Shown: positions 38,125-47,989 of the stretch, one piece after another
Layout: every line of letters begins with the position of its first letter
How positions within the stretch are numbered: the stretch's first letter is position 1
The notes under the pieces: generated by a model
Seen by the model: only the letters and a program-made list of their open reading frames with translations
What the model was told of the DNA's origin: nothing
Databases searched by the model: none
Position numbers and translations under genes: made by a program
Source: Chloroflexota bacterium
GTDB taxonomy: Bacteria; Chloroflexota; Dehalococcoidia; SHYB01
DNA: 64,000 nucleotides
Assembly (NCBI GenBank): GCA_022572465.1
Contig: JACZVV010000001.1
Location: forward strand, 2,749 to 66,748
Reading direction: 5' to 3'

Positions 38125-38200
38125 GTGGTGGGCGGTACTGGAATCGAACCAGTGACCCCTTGCGTGTGAAGCAAGTGCTCTAACCCCTGAGCTAACCGCC
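38125..38200 (-). tRNA. tRNA-Val (anticodon CAC)
   Basis: GGGCGGTTAGCTCAGGGGTTAGAGCACTTGCTTCACACGCAAGGGGTCACTGGTTCGATTCCAGTACCGCCCACCA; cloverleaf with 7-nt anticodon loop UUCACAC. The 3' 45 nt are duplicated at 21947-21991. Confidence 0.85.
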
Positions 38201-38227
38201 CTAGCCCGGCGTGGGGTCTCGACGAAT

Positions 38228-38302
38228 GGTGCCAACGGCAGGGCTCGAACCTGCGACCTAGCGCTTATGAAGCGCCCGCTCTTCCCCTGAGCTACGTTGG
38301 CG
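38228..38302 (-). tRNA. tRNA-Met (anticodon CAU; elongator or Ile2-type, not distinguishable)
   Basis: GCCAACGTAGCTCAGGGGAAGAGCGGGCGCTTCATAAGCGCTAGGTCGCAGGTTCGAGCCCTGCCGTTGGCACCA; G1-C72 pair. Confidence 0.8.
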
Positions 38303-38451
38303 ACCGGCGTGCCGATTGGCCTGCCGCCCCTCGGGCACGCGACGACTATAGTATAGCCTGAAACGCGGCGTCAACGGAACAAACGCCAGCTGTTTTCGGC
38401 CACGGGATGGGACGAGACACCGGTCCAGACGTCGGCGGACGCGTGCCGGCC

Positions 38452-39210
38452 CTACACCATGTACACTCCGCCGTTGGCATGCAGCGTCTGTCCGGCGAGG
38501 GCGGTGTTGTCGTTGGTCGCGGCGTAGACGATGACCTGGGCCACCTCGTCCGGATGTTGCGCCCGCAGGAACGGGAAGCCTCGGACCTCGGCCGTGAACT
38601 GCTCGGCCTCCGGCCCCTCTTCGCTGCCCATGTTGGTCACCATGCGCCCCGGCGCCACGATGGTAACCACGATGCCGTACCGGGCCAGCTCCCACGCCAG
38701 GACCCTGCTGAAGCTATTGACCCCGGCCTTGCTCGCCGCGTAGGCCGCCAGCCCTTTCAGGGGCTGGACCGACGCGCCCGACGAGACGTTGACGATATGC
38801 CCGCTGTTCTGCCGCCGCATCGCCGGGATCACCGCCTGGCACGTCAGGAAGGTGCCCCTGAGGTTAATGTCCATCACCCGGTCGTAGGTCTCGTCGGTCA
38901 TCGCCTCCACCCGCTCGTTGATGACCACCCCCGCCACGTTGGCCAGCACGTCGATGCGGCCGAACTCGTCTTCTACCCGTTGCACCATCGCCGCGACGCT
39001 TGCGCGCTGGGTGATGTCGGTGTTTACGTACGTCGCCCGCCGGCCGGTCTCTTTCGTGATGGCCTCGGCGGCGTCCCGCCCCCAGTCGTCGCGGATGTCC
39101 GCCACGACGATGTCCAGCCCTTTGCGGGCCAGGCCCACGGCGGTGCAGCGTCCCAGCCCCCACGGGCGAGCCGCGCCGGTTACGATGGCGATCTGGTTGC
39201 TGGAAGCCAT
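38452..39210 (-). CDS. SDR-family oxidoreductase
   Basis: 252 aa; IAIVTGAARPWG cofactor site, YAASKAG (YxxxK). Confidence 0.85.
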   Translation of the reverse strand: MASSNQIAIVTGAARPWGLGRCTAVGLARKGLDIVVADIRDDWGRDAAEAITKETGRRATYVNTDITQRASVAAMVQRVEDEFGRIDVLANVAGVVINERVEAMTDETYDRVMDINLRGTFLTCQAVIPAMRRQNSGHIVNVSSGASVQPLKGLAAYAASKAGVNSFSRVLAWELARYGIVVTIVAPGRMVTNMGSEEGPEAEQFTAEVRGFPFLRAQHPDEVAQVIVYAATNDNTALAGQTLHANGGVYMV

Positions 39211-39390
39211 TGCCGCACGCCTCCTCGGCGAGATGCGCCGTCAGGCCCGAAGGTCCGGCCGGCGTCAACGGCGATGATAGGCACGGTGAGACGCCTCGTC
39301 AAGGCGGCGGCAGAGGCGAAATCCCAGCCGGCGCCCCCCAACGGGAGCGTCGATCGCAGCGTTTTCGCCCGGAAGGCCTGGCGCTTGCCG

Positions 39391-40554
39391 CTAGACGACT
39401 TTCTCGTCGGACACGTGCTCGACGAACTGTTGCCCCAGCCGGGCGGCGCCCATCATCGTCCCCACCAGATGGTGATACGGCACGCCGGAGAAGTAGTGAT
39501 GGCTGCGAGTAGGGAGGTCGGCGCCCTCGGCCCACTCCTTGCGCTGGAGATCGATGTAGCCGTGCTGCTGCTTTTGGGACATCTCCTGAAGCAGCTCGCT
39601 GAGCCCGTAGGAGCTCGCGTGCTGGCCCCCGAGGGTAATGAAGATGAATTTGAACCCCAGCTCCCCGAGCTGGGCGAAGGTGATGGGATCGGGGTCGTTA
39701 TACCATTTGAACGACGACGACCAGTTGAAGGCGAATCGCGCGTCGGGGAACCGCTTTTGGATCTCGCTGGCGAAGCTCACGACAGGCTCCCGGTCGGACG
39801 TGGGAAACTCGCACCACACCAGGTCGGGGATACCGGTGTCCAGGTATCGTAGGGCCCGATCGACGGCCAGCTCCTGACCCCGCAACGACTCTGGAGCATC
39901 CATGGCGCTCAGTCCGTCGGTCCGCGCGATGATCACGAAATCGGAGTTTCCCAAGTCGTCGGCGACGGCCCTGACCATACGCAGCTTGCCGACCATCTCA
40001 TCGGCAGCCACGAGCGCTTTCCCCCCGATGTGGCCGCAGCGCTTGGGCAGCACCTGGTCCTCGATGTGAGCGGCGGCGACCCCGGCGTTGACGTACATCT
40101 CGGTGGTCCGCTGCACGTTGAAGATGTTGCCGTAGCCGCCGTCCATGTCGACGATCACCGGCGGGATCTCGAGATGCTTCGGCGGGATACCTTTCTCCGG
40201 GTCTCCGACGGCCATGGTCAGCTGGAACTTTCGCAGCGCGCTGACCGTCCTGCGGGCGCCGTCGGCGATCTCCACGTTGGCGTACAGGTCCATGTCGGTG
40301 CTGCCGACGTGCCCGATGGCGAACGAGTAGCCGCTGAAGTAGACGGTCTTGAAGCCGTAGTACATGACAAGCTGGGCGCCCATGGGATCATAGACCCCCG
40401 GACCGAAGAGATACGCCTCCGAGTCCAGCAGCGCCCGCATGCGGGTGCTGGGATGGACCCAGCGGGAGGCCGGCACCCGGTAGCCCTCGGGCATTAGCGC
40501 ACTCTCGGCTAGCTCCGAATCGCTCATCTCACCAACGCTCGTTTCGGTTCCCAC
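39391..40554 (-). CDS. Isocitrate lyase / PEP mutase superfamily protein (ICL-like)
   Basis: 387 aa; KRCGH signature (K[KR]CGH of the ICL family), IIARTDG. Confidence 0.8.
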   Translation of the reverse strand: MGTETSVGEMSDSELAESALMPEGYRVPASRWVHPSTRMRALLDSEAYLFGPGVYDPMGAQLVMYYGFKTVYFSGYSFAIGHVGSTDMDLYANVEIADGARRTVSALRKFQLTMAVGDPEKGIPPKHLEIPPVIVDMDGGYGNIFNVQRTTEMYVNAGVAAAHIEDQVLPKRCGHIGGKALVAADEMVGKLRMVRAVADDLGNSDFVIIARTDGLSAMDAPESLRGQELAVDRALRYLDTGIPDLVWCEFPTSDREPVVSFASEIQKRFPDARFAFNWSSSFKWYNDPDPITFAQLGELGFKFIFITLGGQHASSYGLSELLQEMSQKQQHGYIDLQRKEWAEGADLPTRSHHYFSGVPYHHLVGTMMGAARLGQQFVEHVSDEKVV

Positions 40555-41036
40555 AGCCTCTCCTCCTGTCGCGCCTGGGGCCGCCCGCAGCCTGGTCTCG
40601 TCTCACCGGGCGGCCTTTCTCAGGGGTCAGTCCTTGATTTCCGGCCCGAGTTCGGGCCAATCTCGCGAGAATTTCGACTGCGCCCTCGCCATGGCCCAAA
40701 AGGTGCGACTCCTGACCCCACTCCCGCAGCCGGCCCCGGGCGTCGTTCGATTCAGACAAACAAGATCATGGTTCGGTTTGAGGAGCCGCCACGAAACCGG
40801 CGGATGAAGAGTCGGGGAGCGACCGGCTGTCGGGCGGTGTTGGCGATCCGGGATGCCCCGGTCCCGCTCGCCGCAGCCCGCCGGTCTCGATTCGTGACAG
40901 GTTTCGCGAGTATGACCGGCGCGAGGCCTTTCTGTCAAATCCGGCGCCGCCCTCGGACTGCTCCGTGATTCGACGTACAGCGCACTGTCCGCGATGCTTT
41001 CGTTCACGACGCCCTCGGACGCCCACGCCCTGCCGC

Positions 41037-41483
41037 CTATTCCCGCAAGAGCACCCGCTGTTCGATGGCGACGCCCCGCCGCAGCGTCTCGGTGACCGGG
41101 CAGCTGTCAGCCACGGCCTCCAACTCCTGCCGCTGCTCCTCGGTGATCGGCCCCTTGAGCTCGATGACGGCCTCTACGCCAGACACCCGCAATACCGCGT
41201 GGACCGGGCCGTCAATCCTATCGTGGTCGAGATCGAACGTCGGGATGCGCACCTCGATGGACTCGACGGGATAACCCTTGCGGCGAGCGTACCGCGCCAC
41301 CGTCACCGCTTTGCAGCCGGCCAAGGCGGCCAGGAGGGTCACGACCGGCGACGGGCCCAGGTCGTCGCCGTCCATCTCCACGGGATGATCGATCAGCATC
41401 GAGTGCCGGCCCATCTCCACCTGCACCTGGTCACGGACCACATGGCGGGCCGACACGTTGGCGGCGATCTGTCGCGTTGTCAC
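41037..41483 (-). CDS. OsmC/Ohr-family peroxiredoxin-like protein
   Basis: 148 aa; conserved Cys pair (LAGCKAV ... ADSCPV). Confidence 0.85.
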   Translation of the reverse strand: MTTRQIAANVSARHVVRDQVQVEMGRHSMLIDHPVEMDGDDLGPSPVVTLLAALAGCKAVTVARYARRKGYPVESIEVRIPTFDLDHDRIDGPVHAVLRVSGVEAVIELKGPITEEQRQELEAVADSCPVTETLRRGVAIEQRVLLRE

Positions 41484-41681
41484 ACTGAAGCCTCCTCTTC
41501 CCTGCGGGACCGCAACGACGCCCGCTACCCACCGGGCCGTCCTTTTGCTGGCCGCCCGAGGATATCACCCGCGCCGGGTCAGGGCAATCGACCCGCCTCT
41601 TTCCTGCCTCCGGACGACAGCCGTTGATGGGCCGATTCGAGCCGGTGTATAGTGGGCCCATTACCCGCACGGGAGGAGCCG

Positions 41682-42833
41682 ATGCACAGCCTCCGAGACA
41701 CAGCCGCCATCGTCGGGATCGGCGAGACCGAGTACGTCCGCAAGAGCAGCAAGAGCCTCGAAGCCCTGGTGTTCCAGGCGATCGAGCGGGCCTGCGACGA
41801 CGCCGGCATCACCCCGAAAGAGATCGACGGCGTGGTCCAGTGCGGCAGCGGCACCGCCTACGTCCCGATCATGGACTTCGTCCGCAACTACGATCCTCAC
41901 GTGGTCAGCTACGCCGGCATGGCCCCTTTCGGCGGCGGCGCCGCGGTCAACTCCGCCGCGGCCCTCGCGGCGATGGCCGTCAACGCCGGCATGGCCAAAC
42001 ACGTCGTCGTGTGGCATGGCCTGGCCTGGGGCTCCCTCAACCAGACGCCCGGCGACGTCCACGACGCCGTGGACAATAAGCACGACTTCGAGACGCCCTA
42101 CGGCTGGTTCGGCCAGCCATCGCACCTGGCGATGGTCGCCCAGCGCCACATGCACGAGTACGGCACCACCCACGACCAGCTTGGGGCCATCGCCGTGGCG
42201 GCCCGCAAGCACGCCATCATGAACGACAACGCGGTGATGAGGCAGCCCATCACGCTGGAGGACTACCACGCCTCGCGATGGATTACCGAACCGTTCCACC
42301 TGCTGGACTGCTGCCTGATCAACGACGGCGCCGGAGCGTACATCGTAAGCAGCGCGGAGCGGGCCCGGTCGATGAAGCAACCGCCGGTCTACATCATGGG
42401 CATCGGCCAGTCGCCGGGGCACCGGACCAAGTACTGGGCCCAGAATCCCGCGCTCTGCGAGACGGCGGCGGTGGACTCCGCTCCCAGGGCCTACGCCATG
42501 GCCGGCGTCGGGCCCGAGGACATCGACTTTTTCCAGACCTACGACTGCTTCACCATCACCACGCTGATGACCATCGAGGACCACGGTTTCTGCAAGAAGG
42601 GCGAGGGCGGCCCGTTCGTGGAGAACGGCCGGATCGAGGTCGGCGGTCAGCTGCCGGTGAACACCCACGGCGGCATGCTGTCGCAGTCCTACATGCAGGG
42701 GATGAACCACGTCTGCGAGTCGGTGCGTCAGCTCCGAGGCACCGCGGGCGCGGCACAGGTCCGCGATGCTGAGATCGGCATGGTCGGCGGCTACGCCGGC
42801 TCGACCTACGCCAGCCTCATCCTGCGCCGGTAG
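41682..42833 (+). CDS. Thiolase-like (SCP-x type) protein
   Basis: Start MHSLRDTAAIVGIGETEY; C-terminal NTHGGMLSQ and GYAG motifs. Confidence 0.8.
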   Translation: MHSLRDTAAIVGIGETEYVRKSSKSLEALVFQAIERACDDAGITPKEIDGVVQCGSGTAYVPIMDFVRNYDPHVVSYAGMAPFGGGAAVNSAAALAAMAVNAGMAKHVVVWHGLAWGSLNQTPGDVHDAVDNKHDFETPYGWFGQPSHLAMVAQRHMHEYGTTHDQLGAIAVAARKHAIMNDNAVMRQPITLEDYHASRWITEPFHLLDCCLINDGAGAYIVSSAERARSMKQPPVYIMGIGQSPGHRTKYWAQNPALCETAAVDSAPRAYAMAGVGPEDIDFFQTYDCFTITTLMTIEDHGFCKKGEGGPFVENGRIEVGGQLPVNTHGGMLSQSYMQGMNHVCESVRQLRGTAGAAQVRDAEIGMVGGYAGSTYASLILRR

Positions 42834-42932
42834 GCGAGAGATGGGGTATGCGGGACAACCACCGGCCCGAACCCCGCCATCGGCGCTCTATCCGGCTCAA
42901 GGGATGCGATTGCGCTACTTCCGTCCATCATC

Positions 42933-43160
42933 GTGACCGTCTGCACCCGCCAACAGGAGTGTCTTTTCGGAGGCATCCGCGCCGGCCGAATATGGTTGAA
43001 TGATGCGGGACGAGTGGTCCGGGATCGTTGGAACGGCCTGCCACGTCATCATCCCCACGCGGAATTGGACTCAATGGCTGTGATGCCGAATCACGCGCAT
43101 GGGACCGTGGTTCTTTTGTGCGCCGTTTTAGGGGCGGGTTTTAGACCCGACCCTACCGCC
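42933..43160 (+). pseudogene. IS200/IS605 (Y1/RAYT-like) transposase fragment
   Basis: GRIWLNDAGRVVRDRWNGLPRHHPHAELDSMAVMPNHAHGTVVL carries the HuH (MPNHxH) motif. About 70 aa of a roughly 150-aa protein, followed by non-homologous sequence. Confidence 0.45.
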
Positions 43161-43191
43161 TGGCGTGCAAGGCGTCACGGGGGCAGGCCCG

Positions 43192-43617
43192 CTACGCAAA
43201 GGTCTTCTTCAGGTCGTTCAAGAGGGCCACGTAGATGCCGTGGCAGAACTCCACCGCCCCGTCGCCTTTGGCCTCCCAGTTGGACGACCACTCCAAGAAC
43301 GTCGTGTCGCCCTCGGTGACTGGGGAGACTCGAACCATGCCCACGTACCCCTTCACGTCGTCTTTCGATATCGGCGAAGGGCCGTCGTCGATGCTGTACC
43401 TGACCGTGCGTTCGACGTCGCTCACGCCCAACAGCGTCTCGTGGAACACGTCGTTGAGCAGCCGGCGGGCGCCCGCCTGATCGCCTTTTTTGTCGCCCAC
43501 GATAGTGAGTTTCGTAACGACGTTGGGGGCCCAGGACATGTCATGAAAATCGCTCAAAGCGGCCCAGACCTTGTCGACAGGCCCATTCACGACAATAGAC
43601 TGATACGTCTTCCCCAT
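43192..43617 (-). CDS. SRPBCC (polyketide cyclase / START-like) protein
   Basis: Start MGKTYQSIVVNGPVDKVW; Bet v1-like length and pattern. Confidence 0.65.
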   Translation of the reverse strand: MGKTYQSIVVNGPVDKVWAALSDFHDMSWAPNVVTKLTIVGDKKGDQAGARRLLNDVFHETLLGVSDVERTVRYSIDDGPSPISKDDVKGYVGMVRVSPVTEGDTTFLEWSSNWEAKGDGAVEFCHGIYVALLNDLKKTFA

Positions 43618-43719
43618 TTGAGCTGTGCCTCCCAGCAAAAAGTTTCAGCGTAGTGTAGCACACGTATGGACGTCCCGATCATCCAATCGGGAAGCCCCTC
43701 CCGACCGTCACCAAAAACG

Positions 43720-45276
43720 TCAAGGGCGCACGAAAACCAGGTGCTTAAGCCACGCCGCTGAGCTCTCGGGGAAGTCGGTCCGGTAGTGGGCGCCGCGACT
43801 CTCCTCGCGTAGCAGCGCCGCTTCGGCGATGAGCCGCCCCGTCAGCACCGCGTTGCGCAGGTCGTTGGACGCCCGGTCCGCCGCCTCGGGCAGGCGCCGC
43901 TCCCACGAAGCCAGCGTGTCCGCCGCGAAGGTCAGCCCCTCACGGGTGCGCTCGATGCCCACGTGGTCCCACATCAGGCGTTGCAACGCGGCCAGGCCGG
44001 TGCCTGGATAGGTCTGGCCCGCGGCCTCCCGCCTCGGCAGCGAGTGTGCCTCTTCGATCCGTCCGCCGGGCTCCGATGGGCCGTCTTCCCGTTTGGTCCC
44101 TCCGTTACGCGCCCGGTCCACCAGCCGCTTGGCGAAGACCATCGTCTCCAGCAGCGAGTTGCTGGCCAGCCGGTTGGCGCCGTGGGCGCCGGTGCAGGCC
44201 GTCTCCCCACAGGCCAGCAGCCCCTCGATGTTCGTCTCGCCCCAGGCGTTGATCTTCACGCCGCCCATCATGTAGTGGGCCGCCGGGGCGACAGGAATCA
44301 GGGCGCGCGTGATGTCCAGGCCCTGGCCCATGCAGAACTGATAGATCTGGGGAAAGCGGCCCTGCACCGTCCGGGCGGGCAGGTGGCGGACATCCAGGAA
44401 CACGTGGGGGGCGCCGGTCTTGCGCATCTCGGCGACGATGGCCCGGGCCACCACGTCGCGAGCCGCCAGCTCTCGCTCCGGCGCATAGTCGGCCATGAAC
44501 GCCCGGCCGGCCTCGTTCCGGAGGATGCCGCCCTCGCCGCGCACCGCTTCGGAGATCAGGAACGGCGGCGCGCCCGGCATGCGCAGGGCCGTGGGATGGA
44601 ACTGGAAGAACTCCATGTCCATCACCTCGGCGCCCGCTCGAAAGGCCACGGCCACGCCGTCTCCGGTGACGACCTCCGCGTTGGTCGTGATCTGAAACAG
44701 CCGGCCCGCGCCGCCGGTCGCCAGGACCAGCCGCCGGCACTCCAGCCGTTCCACCGTCCCCGCCCGGCTGTCGAACACCGTCGCACCCTGAAGCACGCCG
44801 TCGGCAACCTCGACATCGGCCAGCAGGCTGTACTCGCGGATGCTGAACCCGGCATGCCGCGCCAGGTCGCTCAGCGAGAGCTCGATGTGCCTCCCGGTGG
44901 CGTCGCCGCCGGCGTGAAGGATGCGGGGCACGCTGTGGGCGCCCTCTCGGGCCAGGGCGACCTCGCCATGAATCGTGTCGAAGGCCACGCCATAGCGGAT
45001 CAGGTCCCCGACGCGATCGGCGCCCTCCTCGGTCATGATGCGAACGCTGTCCAGGTCGACCAGGCCCGCGCCGGCGGAGACGGTGTCGCGAAGGTGCAGC
45101 TCGGGGCTATCGTCGGCCCCAATGGCGGCGGCGATCCCGCCTTGGGCGTACTGAGTGTTGCACTCTTCGAGACTACCCTTGGTCAGGATCAGAACCGACC
45201 CGGCGTCCCGGGCCAAGAGCGCTGTGTACAGACCGGCGATGCCGGAGCCGACGATGATGTAATCGAAGGTGCGCAT
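43720..45276 (-). CDS. nadB: L-aspartate oxidase
   Basis: 518 aa; DYIIVGSGIAGL FAD site, HYMMGGV, ESRGAHYR. Confidence 0.9.
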   Translation of the reverse strand: MRTFDYIIVGSGIAGLYTALLARDAGSVLILTKGSLEECNTQYAQGGIAAAIGADDSPELHLRDTVSAGAGLVDLDSVRIMTEEGADRVGDLIRYGVAFDTIHGEVALAREGAHSVPRILHAGGDATGRHIELSLSDLARHAGFSIREYSLLADVEVADGVLQGATVFDSRAGTVERLECRRLVLATGGAGRLFQITTNAEVVTGDGVAVAFRAGAEVMDMEFFQFHPTALRMPGAPPFLISEAVRGEGGILRNEAGRAFMADYAPERELAARDVVARAIVAEMRKTGAPHVFLDVRHLPARTVQGRFPQIYQFCMGQGLDITRALIPVAPAAHYMMGGVKINAWGETNIEGLLACGETACTGAHGANRLASNSLLETMVFAKRLVDRARNGGTKREDGPSEPGGRIEEAHSLPRREAAGQTYPGTGLAALQRLMWDHVGIERTREGLTFAADTLASWERRLPEAADRASNDLRNAVLTGRLIAEAALLREESRGAHYRTDFPESSAAWLKHLVFVRP

Positions 45277-45298
45277 GCCAAGGCCGAATCGGAGGCCG

Positions 45299-46495
45299 TC
45301 AGGTCGTCGCCAGCATGCGCTCCAGCGCCACCCGCGCCCAGTGCGCCACCTCGTCGTCGACTTTAATCTGGTTCACCACGTTGCCCTCGACCAGCCCCTC
45401 CAGCACCCAGGCCAGGTACGCCGGGTGGATGCGATACATCGTGGCGCAAGGGCAGATGACGGGGTCCAGGCAGTAGACCAGCTTGTCGGGATGCTCGTGG
45501 GCCAGCCGGTTGACCAGATTGATCTCGGTGCCGATGGCCCATTTGCTGCCCGGCGGCGCCTCGGATACCGACTTGATGATCTGCTCGGTCGACCCGTCGT
45601 AGTCCGCCTCGTCGACCACCTCCATGGTGCACTCGGGGTGGACCATGACGTTGATGCCGGGGTGCCGTTCTCTTGCCTGCCGCACCTGCTCGACGGTGAA
45701 CCGTTTGTGCACCGAGCAGTGCCCTTTCCAAAGGATGAACGTGGCCCGGCGCAGGTCGTCCTCGCTGTTGCCGCCCAGAGGCTGGAACGGGTCCCAGACC
45801 AACGTGTCGTCCACCGAGTACCCCATCTTGCGGGCGGTGTTCCGTCCCAGGTGCTGGTCCGGGAAGAAGAGGACCTTCTCCCGTCGGTCCAGGGCCCACC
45901 GGATCACTGCCTGGGCGTTGGAGGAGGTGCAGACCAGCCCGCCGTTGATGCCGCAGAACGCCTTGAGGGCCGCCGTCGAGTTCATGTAGGTCGCCGGCAT
46001 CACCTTCCCGGCGACGCCCTCGACGCCCTGCAGGTCGTCCCAGCACTGGAGAACGTCCTCCGTGGAAGCCATGTCGGCCATGGAGCAGCCCGCGGACATG
46101 TTGGGCAGAATCGTCGTCTGGTGCTCGGCGCTCAGGATGTCGGTGCTTTCAGCCATGAAGTGGACGCCGCAGAAAACGATGAACTCCGCCTCGGGCCGCG
46201 CCGCCGCGGCCTTAGCCAGCTTGAACGAGTCGCCGCGCAGGTCGGCATACTGGATGATCTCGTCCCGCTGGTAGTGGTGGCCCAGGATCACCAGCCGGTC
46301 CCCCAGTGTCTTTCTCGCGGCTTCGATTCGCTCGTCCAGCTCCGTGGCCTCCAGGCCCATGTACCGCTTGGGCAGGTGGCTGACCTGGCTCTTGGTGCCC
46401 ATCTCCGTTCGAATCAGCAGGTCGGCCAGCGACCGGTCGGCATCGCACCCTTTCCCTGGCGTAAGCTTCTCCGGCGCCATCGTAGTCGTCGTCAT
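45299..46495 (-). CDS. nadA: Quinolinate synthase A
   Basis: 398 aa; cysteine ligands (CSMADM, CTMY..., VICPCATM) and HPEC motif. Confidence 0.9.
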   Translation of the reverse strand: MTTTTMAPEKLTPGKGCDADRSLADLLIRTEMGTKSQVSHLPKRYMGLEATELDERIEAARKTLGDRLVILGHHYQRDEIIQYADLRGDSFKLAKAAAARPEAEFIVFCGVHFMAESTDILSAEHQTTILPNMSAGCSMADMASTEDVLQCWDDLQGVEGVAGKVMPATYMNSTAALKAFCGINGGLVCTSSNAQAVIRWALDRREKVLFFPDQHLGRNTARKMGYSVDDTLVWDPFQPLGGNSEDDLRRATFILWKGHCSVHKRFTVEQVRQARERHPGINVMVHPECTMEVVDEADYDGSTEQIIKSVSEAPPGSKWAIGTEINLVNRLAHEHPDKLVYCLDPVICPCATMYRIHPAYLAWVLEGLVEGNVVNQIKVDDEVAHWARVALERMLATT

Positions 46496-46510
46496 GGTTC
46501 ACCTATGTTT

Positions 46511-47815
46511 CTAGATCGCCACGGGGATCGCCGTGGCGGCCGCCCGAAGCGCTCTCCCCCGAAGGGAGTAGGGCGACGCCTCGGTGATCTCGACTTGCAC
46601 CGTCTCTCCGTGAAATCGTTGGCCTCCGTCCACATAGACCAGCTTGTTGGGCCGGGTGCGTCCGTGCCAGCGCCCGTCCTTCTCGCCTTCGATCAGCACT
46701 TCGTGGGTCGTCCCCACAAGCGCCGCGTTGATCTCCCGGGCGATCTCCGTCTGCATCGCCTCCAGGGCCGCGTGGCGCTCCTTCTTCTCCTTTTGGGACA
46801 CGTCGTCGGCTTGCCGCCGCCACGCGATCGTCCCCGGCCGGGGTGAGTACATCGCCATGTGCACCTTATCGAATCGCACGCGCCGCACCAGGTCCATCGT
46901 CTGCTGGAACTGGCTCCGGGTCTCGCCGGGGAAGCCGACGATGACGTCGGTGGTGAGACCCACGCCGGGCATCGCGACGCGGATGCGGTCGACCAGCGCA
47001 AGGTACTGCTCGCGGGTGTAGCCCCGGCGCATCGCCGCCAGCACGTCGTCGTCTCCGGCCTGGACCGGCAGGTTGATGAACTCGCAGACCTTGTCCAGGC
47101 GGGCAACCGCGTCGACGATTCTTGGGCTCATGTCGTTGGGGTGGGAGGTCAGGAAGCGGACCCGCTGGATGGCCTGAACGCCGTCGACCGCCTCCAGCAG
47201 GTCGGCGAGATCAGGCTGGTCCGGCAGGTCGTGGCCGTAGGAGTCGACGTTCTGCCCCAGAAGCGTCACCTCTTTGACGCCGCGCCGGGCGAGCATCTCC
47301 ACCTCCGTCACCAGCTCGGCGATGGGGCGGCTCCGCTCGCGGCCCCGGCGGTAGGGGATGATGCAGAAGGTGCAGAACTTGTCGCAGCCGTGGATGATCG
47401 GCACGAAGGTCGCCACCGAGGGCCGGCTGGGGATCAGGGGCAGCGAGCTGTCGATGCAGACGCCCTGCCGCGCCTCGACGAGACGAATCAGGTCGCCGTA
47501 CTCCTGCGGGCGCATGAACACGTCGGTATGGGGGAAGCGGGCGCGGAGCTCGTCGGTGTTGGGCCCCACCATGCACCCCATGAGGGCCACGATGGTTTCG
47601 GGACGTTGCCGCTTCACGGACTTCAGCGAGCCCAGCCGCCCGGCGACCTTGTCTTCCGCGCCCTGGCGCACGACGCAGCTGTTGAGGACGATGATGTCGG
47701 CCTCTTCCATAACGTCGGTGGGAGAGCATTCGAGGCGCTCCAGAGCCGCGCCCAGCCGCTCCGAATCGGCCACGTTCATCTGACAGCCGATGGTCCAGAT
47801 GTGATAGGTTTTCAT
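46511..47815 (-). CDS. miaB: tRNA (i6A37) methylthiotransferase MiaB-type radical SAM enzyme
   Basis: 434 aa; MTTase N-domain Cys (TIGCQMN, NSCVVR), radical SAM CDKFCTFC, TRAM C-terminus. Confidence 0.85.
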   Translation of the reverse strand: MKTYHIWTIGCQMNVADSERLGAALERLECSPTDVMEEADIIVLNSCVVRQGAEDKVAGRLGSLKSVKRQRPETIVALMGCMVGPNTDELRARFPHTDVFMRPQEYGDLIRLVEARQGVCIDSSLPLIPSRPSVATFVPIIHGCDKFCTFCIIPYRRGRERSRPIAELVTEVEMLARRGVKEVTLLGQNVDSYGHDLPDQPDLADLLEAVDGVQAIQRVRFLTSHPNDMSPRIVDAVARLDKVCEFINLPVQAGDDDVLAAMRRGYTREQYLALVDRIRVAMPGVGLTTDVIVGFPGETRSQFQQTMDLVRRVRFDKVHMAMYSPRPGTIAWRRQADDVSQKEKKERHAALEAMQTEIAREINAALVGTTHEVLIEGEKDGRWHGRTRPNKLVYVDGGQRFHGETVQVEITEASPYSLRGRALRAAATAIPVAI

Positions 47816-47894
47816 TTGCGAATTATTTCACAAGTTATGACCCGGTTTTGAGTACAAAAAGCCCCCGTTAAGGCAACTCCTTCGTTGAAAACGC

Positions 47895-47989
47895 TGGCGG
47901 AGGGAATGGGATTTGAACCCATGAAGAGGTTATTCACCCCTTAACCGCTTAGCAGGCGGCCGCACTAGACCAGGCTATGCGATCCCTCC
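47895..47989 (-). tRNA. tRNA-Ser (anticodon GCU), class II with long variable arm
   Basis: GGAGGGATCGCATAGCCTGGTCTAGTGCGGCCGCCTGCTAAGCGGTTAAGGGGTGAATAACCTCTTCATGGGTTCAAATCCCATTCCCTCCGCCA. Confidence 0.8.

Larger units (their letters stand above)
21947..38169. mobile_element. About 16.2 kb genomic island integrated into tRNA-Val(CAC), bounded by 45-bp direct repeats, with a decayed tyrosine integrase next to the intact tRNA
   Basis: Direct repeats at 21947-21991 and 38125-38169. Integrase pseudogene at 37058-38044 is convergent with the tRNA. Cargo is catabolic genes, with toxin/antitoxin, integrase and nuclease fragments. Confidence 0.65.

Noticed and set aside
38125-38200. Checked whether this tRNA could be tRNA-Sec, to support the TGA-redoxin finding
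   Set aside because: Anticodon loop is UUCACAC, so the anticodon is CAC (Val), with a normal 76-nt class I structure. It is not tRNA-Sec.
40627-41007. 126-aa ORF in the ICL-like leader
   Set aside because: Arg/Pro-rich composition, no homology signal and no RBS. Treated as non-coding.
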